IMG/VR virus record: IMGVR_UViG_3300020608_000013
Coordinates: 124,001-188,000 of that record
Length of the DNA stretch: 64,000 bases
Reading direction: 5' to 3' (one strand)
Shown here: piece after piece, positions 19,708-29,051 of the stretch
How positions within the stretch are numbered: the first letter of the stretch is position 1
Layout of the letters: every line of letters begins with the position of its first letter
The notes under the pieces: model-generated
The model's database searches: none
Seen by the model: only the letters and a program-made list of their open reading frames with translations
What the model was told of the DNA's origin: nothing
Position numbers and translations under genes: made by a program

Positions 19708-20094
19708 ATGGCTAACACTGAAGAACGACTAGATAAGAACGCTCAACTAAGAGACCTTTTAATCGACGAACTTTCTGCAACGGAAGATCAGCGTAAGGAG
19801 TTTGTTAATGAACTAGCACGACTACTTAAAGATTCGGACTCGCAGGCCATTAACATGAAAAGGTTGTTAATTGAGGAGCGCCAGAGTGATAACATTGCTG
19901 AAATTGCCGCAGAGTTAATGAAGAACATCAATCCTGATCGCTATAGAGCGAAGAAAGCGGTATGTGATAACCCAAGTAAAGACACTGTTATTGAGGACGA
20001 GGGTTTTGTTTCCGTGGATGGTGAGTTTGAACAAGGGTGTCAGTTACTAACAATGGATATTCTTAAAGAAGGTGATGAGGACAAACCTTCATAA
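19708..20094 (+). CDS. Hypothetical helical protein
   Basis: 128 aa, AGGAG SD upstream. Confidence 0.8.
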   Translation: MANTEERLDKNAQLRDLLIDELSATEDQRKEFVNELARLLKDSDSQAINMKRLLIEERQSDNIAEIAAELMKNINPDRYRAKKAVCDNPSKDTVIEDEGFVSVDGEFEQGCQLLTMDILKEGDEDKPS

Positions 20095-20119
20095 CAACAT
20101 CTATCCACTTACCCAATTT

Positions 20120-20176
20120 AAAAAATAGATAGTGACGAGACAGCTACCTATGCTTTTATTAGCATAGGTAGCTGTC
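20120..20176 (-). terminator. Hairpin (16-bp stem 20139-20176), 13-nt gap, then T6; between convergent genes
   Basis: gacagctacctatgct-tttatt-agcataggtagctgtc; A-run 20120-20125. Confidence 0.7.
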
Positions 20177-20281
20177 AACTACGCCTAGTCTTTTAACCCA
20201 GCCGATCGGTCGACTATACTACACTTATTTCTAAAGGGCTTACAAAACCCCTTGTCAAGATAGGTGTTGTTACGCGACACA

Positions 20282-21037
20282 CTATCTTAAAAGATCGTCA
20301 TGTATAGAGAACAATTCAATAGGTAGAAAAGTTAAATTAATACTCATCTCATAGTCTAATTCAATATGTCGATAGATGCTTAATTTTACTTTCAATCCAG
20401 TGTTAAGTTCTTCTTCCACTTCTTTTACTCTTTCAGGTGGGTTGATATGTGGTTTCACGTTGATGGCGGGTGCGAACAGTGTAACGCTAGGGCATGAGGA
20501 TTTATCGAAATTTTTTAGCCGAGCCTGTGCATCGAGTAGTTTATAGTACTCATACATAATAACAACAGCGTAGTTATCATTCATCAGTTTTGGCGTTAAT
20601 TGCTCAGGTGTGTATGAGACTGTTTTAACAACCGTTGTACGAGGCATACCCTCAGCCATAAGTTTAGCGCTAGTTCCCCGAACAATAGCGGTTAACTCGT
20701 TATCATTTAACGTACTATATGGGTGTGTGTTAATATGCACTTCAAGTTCGTCAATATCAGGCACACTACGATCCCTGGCCTCTTCAATTTTAGTGACATA
20801 CTCAGCTATAAAAGAAATCATCTTAGTCGCTACAGCGTTGACTAAAAGACCTTTATTACGTCGCTCATAATGGTCCATAAAGGCTTCGTAATCAATCCCT
20901 TCAAAAAGGTTACTATCTCGTTTGAAATAACGGTCATCGGCTAGTAGTTTACCAACGTGATCTTTATCCATCATAAAGACCAGTGCCAATCGTGTGTCCA
21001 GTATACTATCTAGGTCAACGATGATTGATGAGGGCAT
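20282..21037 (-). CDS. Conserved phiKZ-like protein, possible HAD-like fold
   Basis: Start moved to ATG 21037 (AGGAG SD). N-terminal IIVDLDSILDTRL resembles HAD motif I (DxD). Follows the gp149-like gene. Confidence 0.55.
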   Translation of the reverse strand: MPSSIIVDLDSILDTRLALVFMMDKDHVGKLLADDRYFKRDSNLFEGIDYEAFMDHYERRNKGLLVNAVATKMISFIAEYVTKIEEARDRSVPDIDELEVHINTHPYSTLNDNELTAIVRGTSAKLMAEGMPRTTVVKTVSYTPEQLTPKLMNDNYAVVIMYEYYKLLDAQARLKNFDKSSCPSVTLFAPAINVKPHINPPERVKEVEEELNTGLKVKLSIYRHIELDYEMSINLTFLPIELFSIHDDLLR

Positions 21038-21050
21038 GTACTGAACTCCT

Positions 21051-21719
21051 TTATAAATTATTATCAATGTGCATCGCTTTAAGCGCAATGGATAAGACTA
21101 ACTTAGACTTCACTTCACCGCTATAAGGGGCGATAGTATCGAGTGTCGTATTACCGTGTCTTGCGAGTAAGGTAGTCATAGCATTATACCCCTTCAGATC
21201 GCCACCACGGTATTTATCTAGTTCAAGGTTAGTTTTGGTTAGCCCAAGCCCTGCGAGTATCGATACTTCGATTTTAGAAAGTCTAGCACCTTTAGAATCT
21301 CTCGTCGGTTGGTTTGTCATTTTATCAACCATCATCGAACTTGCTTTTGGTATCTTTACTTTCTTACTCCAGAGTTGAGAGACTAAACGTACGGATATTT
21401 CTAACAACATGAATTTGTTAGGCGTTTTAAATCGCATTCCATCTTCTTTAAACCAAAGGTGTTGGTAAAATTCAACGCCGTATTTTTTACCCACTTTCAG
21501 TAGATGTGCTTTCGTTATGGTCTCTTCTTCTAAATTTGGGAGGGTTACATGAACAACTTCTTTACCTGTAGATAAGTTAATCATGTATTGATCGAATTCT
21601 TCATCACTTAGTGTTTTGAAGTGGTCTTCATAATAAGCACGGTTAACACCTTTGTCGTTTGTACACAAAGTGTCACAAAATTCTAAGATAGCTTGTTCAG
21701 CTTGCTCTCTTCTAGTCAT
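21051..21719 (-). CDS. rpoB: Virion RNA polymerase beta subunit, C-terminal part (phiKZ gp149-like)
   Basis: MTRREQAEQAIL...FKTLSDEEFDQYM N-terminus; SKGARLSKIE and KYRGGD correspond to the RpoB C-terminal region; 222 aa; two genes from uvsX. Confidence 0.85.
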   Translation of the reverse strand: MTRREQAEQAILEFCDTLCTNDKGVNRAYYEDHFKTLSDEEFDQYMINLSTGKEVVHVTLPNLEEETITKAHLLKVGKKYGVEFYQHLWFKEDGMRFKTPNKFMLLEISVRLVSQLWSKKVKIPKASSMMVDKMTNQPTRDSKGARLSKIEVSILAGLGLTKTNLELDKYRGGDLKGYNAMTTLLARHGNTTLDTIAPYSGEVKSKLVLSIALKAMHIDNNL

Positions 21720-21734
21720 ATTTTACCTTTTAGT

Positions 21735-22235
21735 TTACAAAATGTCTTGAACACCTAAGTATCGCTTAGCAATTGGGTGGTCTTCCATGTTTTTGAAATC
21801 CTCTACTCCTAACTGCCTGTTTAATCTTTTATCTAGACCATTATGATGAAGTAGTCTAGTGGGTGTGTCGTTATTTTTATGGTGCGTGAGGTAGCGACCT
21901 ATTTGCTAAAACCGATGGCACTTTTCGGGATCGCCTTCACTACACATGAACGCCGCGTTGATAATGGCGTGTTTATTGTGGTACGTTATAATGGAATCTA
22001 GTTTCTCACGCATAAGAGGGACATCGGTTTTTAACCCACCTAACGTATTCCCGCGATGTAGATAGGATACACCATACTCTTCCAAGTGTTGTGAGAAGCT
22101 TTCTCTATTGTAACTTGGCGCGTATTTAGAGTAAGGTATTGACCTAACATCTATTAACACCTTAATATTTTCTTCACACAACCGCTCCATAAAAACAGGT
22201 AAAGGTGTATTTGAATGACCTACTAAATAGAACAT
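21735..22235 (-). pseudogene. DUF488-family protein interrupted by one in-frame TAG at 21906-21908
   Basis: GHSN, LIDVRSIPYS, LGG and MCSEGDPEKCHR motifs. The frame continues past the TAG as QIGRYLTHH... for 56 more codons to TAA 21735. Confidence 0.75.
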
Positions 22236-22285
22236 TATTTCTCCTAAAAAGAAGCCCTGTGCTATCGACGACAGGGCAGTATCTG

Positions 22286-22585
22286 TTAACGGTAATTAGC
22301 AACCAGTGTAGGTAATATTTTAGTTTTTAAACTGTTGAACCAATCTAAGGTATTAATATCACTCATTAAGGTTTCTCTAATTGATTTTGTGTTAATAAAT
22401 GCCATTGTTGCTAGTGAGAAAAAGAACGCATTAGCTAACTTAATTTTTTCTATTAAATCAGTAGACTTTCTCAGTTTTTTAATGCGCCAATCGTTTTTAT
22501 AAAAAAACAAAATCTCATTGTTACTGTGTTGCTTAATTAAGCTATCAAGTGTTTTGTCGAAATCATCCATCACTATTTTTTCCAA
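22286..22585 (-). CDS. Small conserved phiKZ-like protein between uvsX and the RNAP gp149-like gene
   Basis: 99 aa, C-terminal DWFNSLKTKILPTL; coupled to the uvsX stop. Confidence 0.7.
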   Translation of the reverse strand: MEKIVMDDFDKTLDSLIKQHSNNEILFFYKNDWRIKKLRKSTDLIEKIKLANAFFFSLATMAFINTKSIRETLMSDINTLDWFNSLKTKILPTLVANYR

Positions 22586-24027
22586 AATGGAGTATATAAC
22601 TCGTGGGACATTTTAATCATGTCCATTGTAGATAAAAATGGGGGGTCTAGGTTGTCGTTATCATACATCCACCACCCACGAGTTTTAAGTAACTCGTTCC
22701 AATCCCACTTACCTTTCAATTTCTCAAGTAACTCTGAAGGACTGACATGTAAGTGTAAGTTGTTAGTAGCAGAAGGTCGCCACATGTTCTTCATTTGCGC
22801 TAACTCGTTAGTGATTTCTACGGCGCGGCAGAATAAGGGGTCGTCCTCAATGAGTTGACGTAGACTATTGTTTTGAAATTTTTTCTCAGGATAAAGTTCG
22901 AGCGTATACCATGCACCACCACGCTTAATACCATAACCCTTACACATCTCGTTCAAGTAATACCATTCACTCAACGTGTTTTGAACACCCTCGGTTTGTG
23001 AATAAACGACAGGTACGACAACACCAGATATATTCGATTTACCACGATGTTGTGTTATTGTTACGATTTTTAAATCAGGGTCATATAGGTGTTTGTCATC
23101 GGTACTTCTAGGGTATTTTGTAAAACCCGTGTCTTTATTTAGTAAAAGTTTAGGTTCACTTAATAGCCAGAAGTTGTTAATTAAGTAGAAAAACTTTCTA
23201 GACACGCCTCGTATATTGAGTTTACCCCCTAGTGTCGGTAAGAGGTAATCTTCGAGTGGTTTCTTAAATGATTTGCGACCTGAACTAATTTCTAGAACAG
23301 GTTCTACGTGTGCTGTAAGACAAATACGTGCGTTAGCTTGCTGACACGAGGTAGAGAGGTGTGAGAGTATCTGAGAGCGTGCCCTACCGACATGAGCGGG
23401 CGCAGTATTTCGTAGTGCGTCGTCTACATCAGTCGTGTCTTTAATTTTTTGATCCGCCGAAGTACCGAATTCAGATAGGCTGTCGCAAGTACCAAAACTA
23501 TCAACACGTTGCTGAAACAAACTCTCACCATCACGATCGATGAAAGGAGTGTCTATTTTCTTCATGAGTGCTTCTTTATCACGGTTAAATTTAAACCAAC
23601 TTGAAAAAAATTTTTCACCCGCCATAGTTGCTCGGTTACATGGAGTGATATGACCATCTAAGATAAAGTCAGTGATGTCTCCTAAAGTCGTATTATTAGC
23701 ATAAGTTTGTAAACGTGCGTCATTACTCGTTTGTTCGGTATCGTAAGGGTCTATTTTAATCATATCCGTGGCTGCAAAAACCCGTGCTGCCGCAGTGAAT
23801 AGATCGTGGTACATTACCGTAGACTTACCTGCTTGTGCTATACCTGCATAGCCTGTAATAGGGGCAAAACCGCCATTTAGTAAAGATTCACCATGTTTCC
23901 CTTCGACGTAATAACCCGTAGAAATATCACGCCCTCCGCCAATATTGATATTGGTAAACATTGAAGGCGCTTTTTCTATATTAGATTCGGGAAAACCGCC
24001 CATCATCGCTTTGTCTTTTTTTGCCAT
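22573..24027 (-). CDS. uvsX: UvsX/RecA-like recombinase (phiKZ gp152-like)
   Basis: Walker A GIAQAGKST, YDTE, Walker B-like DSLSEF, TAHV, HRGKSNISG, GVQNTLSEWYYL; 484 aa. Confidence 0.88.
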   Translation of the reverse strand: MAKKDKAMMGGFPESNIEKAPSMFTNINIGGGRDISTGYYVEGKHGESLLNGGFAPITGYAGIAQAGKSTVMYHDLFTAAARVFAATDMIKIDPYDTEQTSNDARLQTYANNTTLGDITDFILDGHITPCNRATMAGEKFFSSWFKFNRDKEALMKKIDTPFIDRDGESLFQQRVDSFGTCDSLSEFGTSADQKIKDTTDVDDALRNTAPAHVGRARSQILSHLSTSCQQANARICLTAHVEPVLEISSGRKSFKKPLEDYLLPTLGGKLNIRGVSRKFFYLINNFWLLSEPKLLLNKDTGFTKYPRSTDDKHLYDPDLKIVTITQHRGKSNISGVVVPVVYSQTEGVQNTLSEWYYLNEMCKGYGIKRGGAWYTLELYPEKKFQNNSLRQLIEDDPLFCRAVEITNELAQMKNMWRPSATNNLHLHVSPSELLEKLKGKWDWNELLKTRGWWMYDNDNLDPPFLSTMDMIKMSHELYTPFWKK

Positions 24028-24174
24028 AAGTAGGTCTCTTGTGTTAATTTAATCCATAGCTATTTGCTAATAGAAGTGTTTAGTAAGTCGTAGTGTCCAC
24101 TACTTCCACTAAATCAATTAATGAGGATTTCGTATATTTTTATACATTGATTAAATTTAAATAAAGGTGTACTT

Positions 24175-24963
24175 ATGAAAGTAAGTGATTTTACAGACGA
24201 TGATTACCGTATTCTAGACGTAAGGGTAGGTAACGAGTCTTTGTTTAGCGTTTACGATGCTGTTGCCGATAAAATAGGTAACTATCTATTAGGGGCGATA
24301 CAAGATTTTGGCGAGTTCATCCATAAGCCACAAGCGGAGATTTATACAATACCTCATCGTGATTTTAAAAAGTTGAGAGATAAAATACTAGCATCTTCTT
24401 ACCACGAGTTATCAGAATTGACTATAGATGTACCCGCAGGGTTTGAAGGGAATATCTACCAATACGGCCATTACTTAAGAACATCGCTCACAACGAACCG
24501 TAGCGCTATTGAAGAGGTTTTAGGGTATACTAGACCTTATCTGGCTAAAAGCCTCAATGAGACTAATACAGGGTCAACTAGACCCATTATAAAATACTTA
24601 CTCGATTACAAAGAAACGCGAACCTCTCATAAAGAGACGATTGAGACCTACTTCAATCGTTCACATGAGTTAACCCGTCGTAAATTTGGCGATGTGTTCA
24701 ATACTAAGCAAGAAATGGTCGATTTCTTTGAGGCGTTTAAATCAACTGAAGTCGATGTTAAAGAATTGGCAAAAGTGCAAACTTCAGTGCGAGAGCTTAG
24801 TCTGTATCTGAACAAAGTGGTGGAGCGCTCAACGGATATTGATCGTAAAACACTAGCCACACTAGGTCAAGCAGTCTATCAGATCGCGAAGGGGGTTGAA
24901 GAGTATAGTGTCTTAAACTACCGCGCAGGCGAGTTGTTCAATACGGTAAAAAAATTAACTTAA
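24175..24963 (+). CDS. Putative virion structural protein (phiKZ gp153-like)
   Basis: Divergent from uvsX as in phiKZ-like phages; helical, with FGDVFN and YQIAKGVEEYSVLNYR motifs. Confidence 0.55.
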   Translation: MKVSDFTDDDYRILDVRVGNESLFSVYDAVADKIGNYLLGAIQDFGEFIHKPQAEIYTIPHRDFKKLRDKILASSYHELSELTIDVPAGFEGNIYQYGHYLRTSLTTNRSAIEEVLGYTRPYLAKSLNETNTGSTRPIIKYLLDYKETRTSHKETIETYFNRSHELTRRKFGDVFNTKQEMVDFFEAFKSTEVDVKELAKVQTSVRELSLYLNKVVERSTDIDRKTLATLGQAVYQIAKGVEEYSVLNYRAGELFNTVKKLT

Positions 24964-24967
24964 CAAG

Positions 24968-25008
24968 TAACACAACACTACCAGTTTTCTTCTGGTAGTG
25001 TTGTGTTA
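24968..25008. terminator. 17-bp stem hairpin between convergent genes
   Basis: taacacaacactaccag-ttttctt-ctggtagtgttgtgtta. Confidence 0.65.
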
Positions 25009-25012
25009 TTCA

Positions 25013-25465
25013 TTACTTTAGGTGTACCTTAGCAATATCTCGCTTGAAGATTTTTGTGAAGTTCTCTACGAAGACTAAACCCATTGCTTTCAAGAAGAAG
25101 AAACAATTTATGTCACAAGTGTTTAAGACGTTGCCTAATTTTACCATCCCTTCTAAATGTCGCCTATCATAAATAACTAAAACATCATCTTCTATAATAG
25201 AAGGCTCTATGATGTAGTTTAGTAATTTACGATTATTGTGAATGAAGGTCTCGTCTAGTGGTTTTAGATAGGGTGTGTCAATGACCTGTATGCGGCGGTA
25301 TGATCGACTAAACGATTTAGTAAACATCATTGCCGCGTCTTGATCAGGTTTAGTGACAGTAGCGTCTATGAAGTTAGACGGTATTAATATTTCCTCTAAT
25401 ACATGTTTGTCATAGAGAACGTCTAAACCATTGGCTATTGTGAAAATCACAACACGGTTACTCAT
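25013..25465 (-). CDS. Hypothetical protein
   Basis: 150-aa ORF. Confidence 0.7.
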   Translation of the reverse strand: MSNRVVIFTIANGLDVLYDKHVLEEILIPSNFIDATVTKPDQDAAMMFTKSFSRSYRRIQVIDTPYLKPLDETFIHNNRKLLNYIIEPSIIEDDVLVIYDRRHLEGMVKLGNVLNTCDINCFFFLKAMGLVFVENFTKIFKRDIAKVHLK

Positions 25466-25967
25466 GATCTGCTCCCATTATAATATCAACGTATTCGCAA
25501 GACGAAGATTCTAGCCAACAACACCGATCGGTTAGTACATCACTATAAGGTATTAAATCACCAATAGCGTCACTGAAAAATACACGGAAATAACGTTGAG
25601 TGATAAAACCTATTTTCAAGTAAAGGTTACTCACGATAGACGTATGTGGTTTTAGTATCACTACATCACCACCACTCAACTCATGGAATAATTTTACAAA
25701 TCCCTTCTTGTTCCCCTTATAAAAACCCACCTCTTCAATATCTCTTTTTTCATCACCATCACTAGCAATTAAATCGACATTTCTAAAGGGTACGTAGTTA
25801 ACTTTTCTATAGTTAATTAGTGATTTTTTATCTGACGCATCTTTTAAAGTTGTCAAGTCTGTAATAAATATAACATTCTGTAAAGATGGGTCGTAAGTGG
25901 TCGCTACTATAGATAGGTCATCATAGGGTACTATTAATAGTTTTCTCGACATAAGATTTTTCGACAT
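25458..25967 (-). CDS. Hypothetical protein
   Basis: 169-aa ORF. Confidence 0.7.
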   Translation of the reverse strand: MSKNLMSRKLLIVPYDDLSIVATTYDPSLQNVIFITDLTTLKDASDKKSLINYRKVNYVPFRNVDLIASDGDEKRDIEEVGFYKGNKKGFVKLFHELSGGDVVILKPHTSIVSNLYLKIGFITQRYFRVFFSDAIGDLIPYSDVLTDRCCWLESSSCEYVDIIMGADHE

Positions 25968-26436
25968 ATTTACTATTTATACCGTTATACGATTTCAATA
26001 CTAAATAAAGTAGACCAGGACTATAACGCCAAGGTTCGTCAAGTCGTAGTAGACTACCCACCCACTCTGAACAAAAATATTGGTTTTCGTTATGGGTACG
26101 TACCTTCAATAACTGACCTACCAGAACACCTAGTAGATCGTAGTTAGCGTTTTTCGTACTCTTGTAGTAAGCCTCAACATCCTCTTGGTCTACCCAATCA
26201 ATCGGTACAAAGTCCCAGTTTTCGGGTTTAATACAAAGTTCTCGTTTAACAACACCACCGTCTCTAAATGAAGAGGTGTATGCTAAAACCTTTGTACCTG
26301 CATCAAAATCATTAGGGTTAAAATCATTATCACAAACTACGAACTCTACATGTGAGTAGATACTAAATGTTCGTAGGCGAATGGATTTATCGGTAATATT
26401 ACCCTTACCTTTATAAAACATTGCGTAGTATTTCAT
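25921..26436 (-). CDS. Permuted papain-like amidase (NlpC/P60 superfamily, YaeF/YiiX C92-like)
   Basis: His motif YSHVE precedes YDLLG and the Cys motif YFCSEW, ending YSPG; His-before-Cys order is the permuted arrangement. Confidence 0.8.
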   Translation of the reverse strand: MKYYAMFYKGKGNITDKSIRLRTFSIYSHVEFVVCDNDFNPNDFDAGTKVLAYTSSFRDGGVVKRELCIKPENWDFVPIDWVDQEDVEAYYKSTKNANYDLLGVLVGQLLKVRTHNENQYFCSEWVGSLLRLDEPWRYSPGLLYLVLKSYNGINSKYVEKSYVEKTINSTL

Positions 26437-26501
26437 TTGTTACTCCTAACGGTTGACTACTATCAATGAATTATGAGTAGGGTAAACGCTATCGTGTTCG
26501 T

Positions 26502-26921
26502 TTAGTACCAACCTCGACCACGACCAATATGGTCACTTGAGACCCCGTATACCATACTCCTTTCGTTAGTTAACTTGTAAGTATTACTCAACGCATGGTG
26601 TTCACAAAAAAGCCAATCTAAATGTACCTTGTATTGGTTCGCTAAACCCTTACACATTTTTCTGTTCTTTTCATTAAGCGTTATTAAATAACGCACGATT
26701 TCCTCAATCGACTCGTTTATAAACGAATTGGCTATCGCGCTAGTTTGAGTACGATGTAGCGCATTCATGTGGATTATCGCATTGAATATTTTTTCATCAT
26801 TAGCCATTGCAACAATCGTTGGGTAATCCGTTCTACCAAAACGTTTATCCAGAACGGGCGTGCTTTGTATCGTCTTAACCAGGGTTGTTAAGCGGTCTTT
26901 TATAGGAAGGTATTCAAACAT
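26502..26921 (-). CDS. Hypothetical protein
   Basis: 139-aa ORF. Confidence 0.7.
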   Translation of the reverse strand: MFEYLPIKDRLTTLVKTIQSTPVLDKRFGRTDYPTIVAMANDEKIFNAIIHMNALHRTQTSAIANSFINESIEEIVRYLITLNEKNRKMCKGLANQYKVHLDWLFCEHHALSNTYKLTNERSMVYGVSSDHIGRGRGWY

Positions 26922-26945
26922 AACTAATCTCTATTTATGACGGTG

Positions 26946-26983
26946 AAAAAAAAAATAGGTTAGCCCGAAGACTAACCTATTTT
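26946..26983 (-). terminator. Intrinsic terminator (canonical spacing), T10
   Basis: Minus strand aaaataggttagtcttcgggctaaccTATTTTTTTTTT. Confidence 0.8.
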
Positions 26984-26986
26984 GAA

Positions 26987-27175
26987 CTACTTATAAACTA
27001 GTTCCCATGTGTAAGACACCCAGTTATTCTCAAGGTTATCCAACCATTTTCCCTTCAACGCATGATAATGTTCGTTGCTAGGAATAGGGTGGTCATCTAC
27101 GTGATTTTTTAACTTTGAGTAATCTAAGTGTTTTGATACTGGTGTGTCTATCGGTCTCTTTGGGGTTTCTACCAT
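26987..27175 (-). CDS. Hypothetical protein
   Basis: 62 aa, GGAG SD, overlaps the stop of the acidic micro-ORF. Confidence 0.6.
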   Translation of the reverse strand: MVETPKRPIDTPVSKHLDYSKLKNHVDDHPIPSNEHYHALKGKWLDNLENNWVSYTWELVYK

Positions 27176-27303
27176 AAACTCTCCTCCACCTCTTCTAAGA
27201 TTGCATCGGCCTCCTCTACAAGGTCGGAATAGTCATCAAATGGAATTTCGGGTAAAGTTTGCCCTTGATCTTGGTCTTGTGTTTCATTGGGGTCGTTACA
27301 CAT
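27169..27303 (-). CDS. Hyperacidic micro-protein (44 aa), not in ORF track
   Basis: MCNDPNETQDQDQGQTLPEIPFDDYSDLVEEADAILEEVEESLW; 15 D/E, no K/R; GAGG SD. Confidence 0.65.
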   Translation of the reverse strand: MCNDPNETQDQDQGQTLPEIPFDDYSDLVEEADAILEEVEESLW

Positions 27304-27366
27304 AATATGTTCCTCTTGCGGTATAGTAAATAGAAACTTCAGTAGCCCGCAAATTACTACTGAAAC

Positions 27367-27528
27367 TCAATACTTTGTTTCGCCGACTTTATTCACTTTA
27401 AGACGTTTTCGATGTTTGGAGGTTGCCTCAACCATTATCTCATCGACCCGTTGTAGAAACTTTTCTTGTTTACGCTTGTCCTCTTCAGGCGAAATCTTAA
27501 CGTAAGAGGGTACATAGATTTGATACAT
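27367..27528 (-). CDS. Small basic protein (53 aa), not in ORF track
   Basis: MYQIYVPSYVKISPEEDKRKQEKFLQRVDEIMVEATSKHRKRLKVNKVGETKY; AAGG SD; fills the gap between neighbours. Confidence 0.55.
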   Translation of the reverse strand: MYQIYVPSYVKISPEEDKRKQEKFLQRVDEIMVEATSKHRKRLKVNKVGETKY

Positions 27529-27539
27529 ATTAAGATACC

Positions 27540-27917
27540 TTATTTAATTTTGATTAGTTTTTTCTTCAGTGGCTTTTTGAAGCCTAATAGTACTGCTAAG
27601 GTGAAGCTAAACCAATTAGTCTTTACAAACTTTTTAAGTGTTTGTAAATCCCCTATTTCATATAAGGTGAGACTATCATCTCTAAGGGTAATAGAGGGGT
27701 AGCGAGTACCCTCTAATTTGAGAAGGTTTATTAGCGTGTATAAGGTGCAATTTGTCAGGTTAGTTGTTCTTGACGCAGACCTTGGTAGCTTATAATCACC
27801 TTCGATAAATGAGTCTTGCTCAACGCCGTTGGTTTTGGTCTCATAACCAATTATTTTAACCATGTCGTTGTTATAGATGCCGAACGCATAGGTTCGGTTT
27901 TTTGTCGTTGTGTTCAT
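27540..27917 (-). CDS. Hypothetical protein
   Basis: Start moved to ATG 27917 (MNTTTK) to remove a 68-nt overlap; GAGG upstream. Confidence 0.65.
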   Translation of the reverse strand: MNTTTKNRTYAFGIYNNDMVKIIGYETKTNGVEQDSFIEGDYKLPRSASRTTNLTNCTLYTLINLLKLEGTRYPSITLRDDSLTLYEIGDLQTLKKFVKTNWFSFTLAVLLGFKKPLKKKLIKIK

Positions 27918-27921
27918 TTTA

Positions 27922-28773
27922 TCATTCCTCTGTATTAGTTGCGGTAAAACAACCTTCAAGTACGTCACACGTTCGGCGTGTGAATTCATTCACTAACTTT
28001 GCATTTAGGGAACGTTTGTCAGTCTCCTGAAAGTTATAGTGTTTGACAAAGGCCTCATTAAACACCCCGTTTGTAGAAATGAGGTGTTTAGATAACCCAA
28101 TACTATCTAGGTGTCTTAAATTCACTTGGTTCTTCAGGAAATCTTGAGCGACAACCTCCCTATCTAGTTTTGACCACTTCCTTGTTTGTGATACTAGACC
28201 TTCTTTAAGCGTTTCGAGAATTTCATTTCTCTGAAACTCAACCATCTCATATATATCGTTCAGGAAATTAGAGGTATTGTACATATCGTTGCTATCGTAC
28301 TCACCATAGGGCATACCTTTGGTGTCGTACACATAAGACTTACCTTCATGAGAGAAGGTGTTCTTAATGATAAGCATGTAACGACTACCATTAAGTTTAA
28401 ACACAGGGTGTCTGAACCACACATCGTCTCGCAAGTAGAGGCTTAGCGTGGCGCTATGCTCGCCTAATAACTTCTCTCGGATAGAGGTAGTGTCATCACC
28501 GTCATTCATGTCGAGGAGAACAGGTAATAACGTATCGTCGTGCGGGTCTGTCGTCTCTAATTGACCCGAAAACGCTATTTCGTCAACCATGTTAGGCACA
28601 GCGTCTGCGAACGCTAACGTTGTGCGTAATTCCTTGTTATTGACATAGACAAAATTGTTTACGTCACTGCGCTTCTTAATACGATCTAAGAGGGCAGGTA
28701 GTAATCCTTTACCATACCCATACCACTTTACAGGGTCTTTGTTAGTTACGTATATCAGGGGTGATGTGTACAC
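27922..28773 (-). CDS. Hypothetical protein
   Basis: 283 aa, GTG start with GGAGG SD. Confidence 0.75.
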   Translation of the reverse strand: MYTSPLIYVTNKDPVKWYGYGKGLLPALLDRIKKRSDVNNFVYVNNKELRTTLAFADAVPNMVDEIAFSGQLETTDPHDDTLLPVLLDMNDGDDTTSIREKLLGEHSATLSLYLRDDVWFRHPVFKLNGSRYMLIIKNTFSHEGKSYVYDTKGMPYGEYDSNDMYNTSNFLNDIYEMVEFQRNEILETLKEGLVSQTRKWSKLDREVVAQDFLKNQVNLRHLDSIGLSKHLISTNGVFNEAFVKHYNFQETDKRSLNAKLVNEFTRRTCDVLEGCFTATNTEE

Positions 28774-28774
28774 G

Positions 28775-28894
28775 TTAACCTCCCAACATCGCGATTAAAT
28801 TCGGGGCGATTGAATAGACCGCCATTATTAGAAACAAGGTAAGAGGTGTACCCCATAATAGAGCGAGTAGTGTGTTAGTTAGTATGTTATTCAT
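28775..28894 (-). CDS. Small hydrophobic (single-TM) peptide, 39 aa, not in ORF track
   Basis: MNNILTNTLLALLWGTPLTLFLIMAVYSIAPNLIAMLGG; GGAG SD; first ORF after the promoter at 28941. Confidence 0.6.
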   Translation of the reverse strand: MNNILTNTLLALLWGTPLTLFLIMAVYSIAPNLIAMLGG

Positions 28895-28940
28895 AATTTT
28901 CTCCAGTTGTTTGAGGGTTTAAGTCATTTAACTCATTACT

Positions 28941-28948
28941 ATAATATA
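28941..28948 (-). promoter_or_regulatory. Putative early promoter core TATATTAT
   Basis: Intergenic, downstream of terminator 28996-29051. Confidence 0.65.
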
Positions 28949-28995
28949 CGGTTGTTACATTTTATATTATAGTCAAAATAATACTAGATCGGTGT

Positions 28996-29051
28996 AAAAA
29001 AATACAAACAATAGTTCTGTATACGGGTCAATACCCGTATACAGAACTATT
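28996..29051 (-). terminator. Hairpin (19-bp stem 29010-29051), 7-nt gap, then T7
   Basis: aatagttctgtatacgggt-caat-acccgtatacagaactatt; ends the tail-fibre operon. Confidence 0.75.

Noticed and set aside
27540-28773. RNase H (phiKZ gp155-like), expected near uvsX/gp153 by synteny
   Set aside because: No DGS/DG-type RNase H catalytic motif is visible in either ORF
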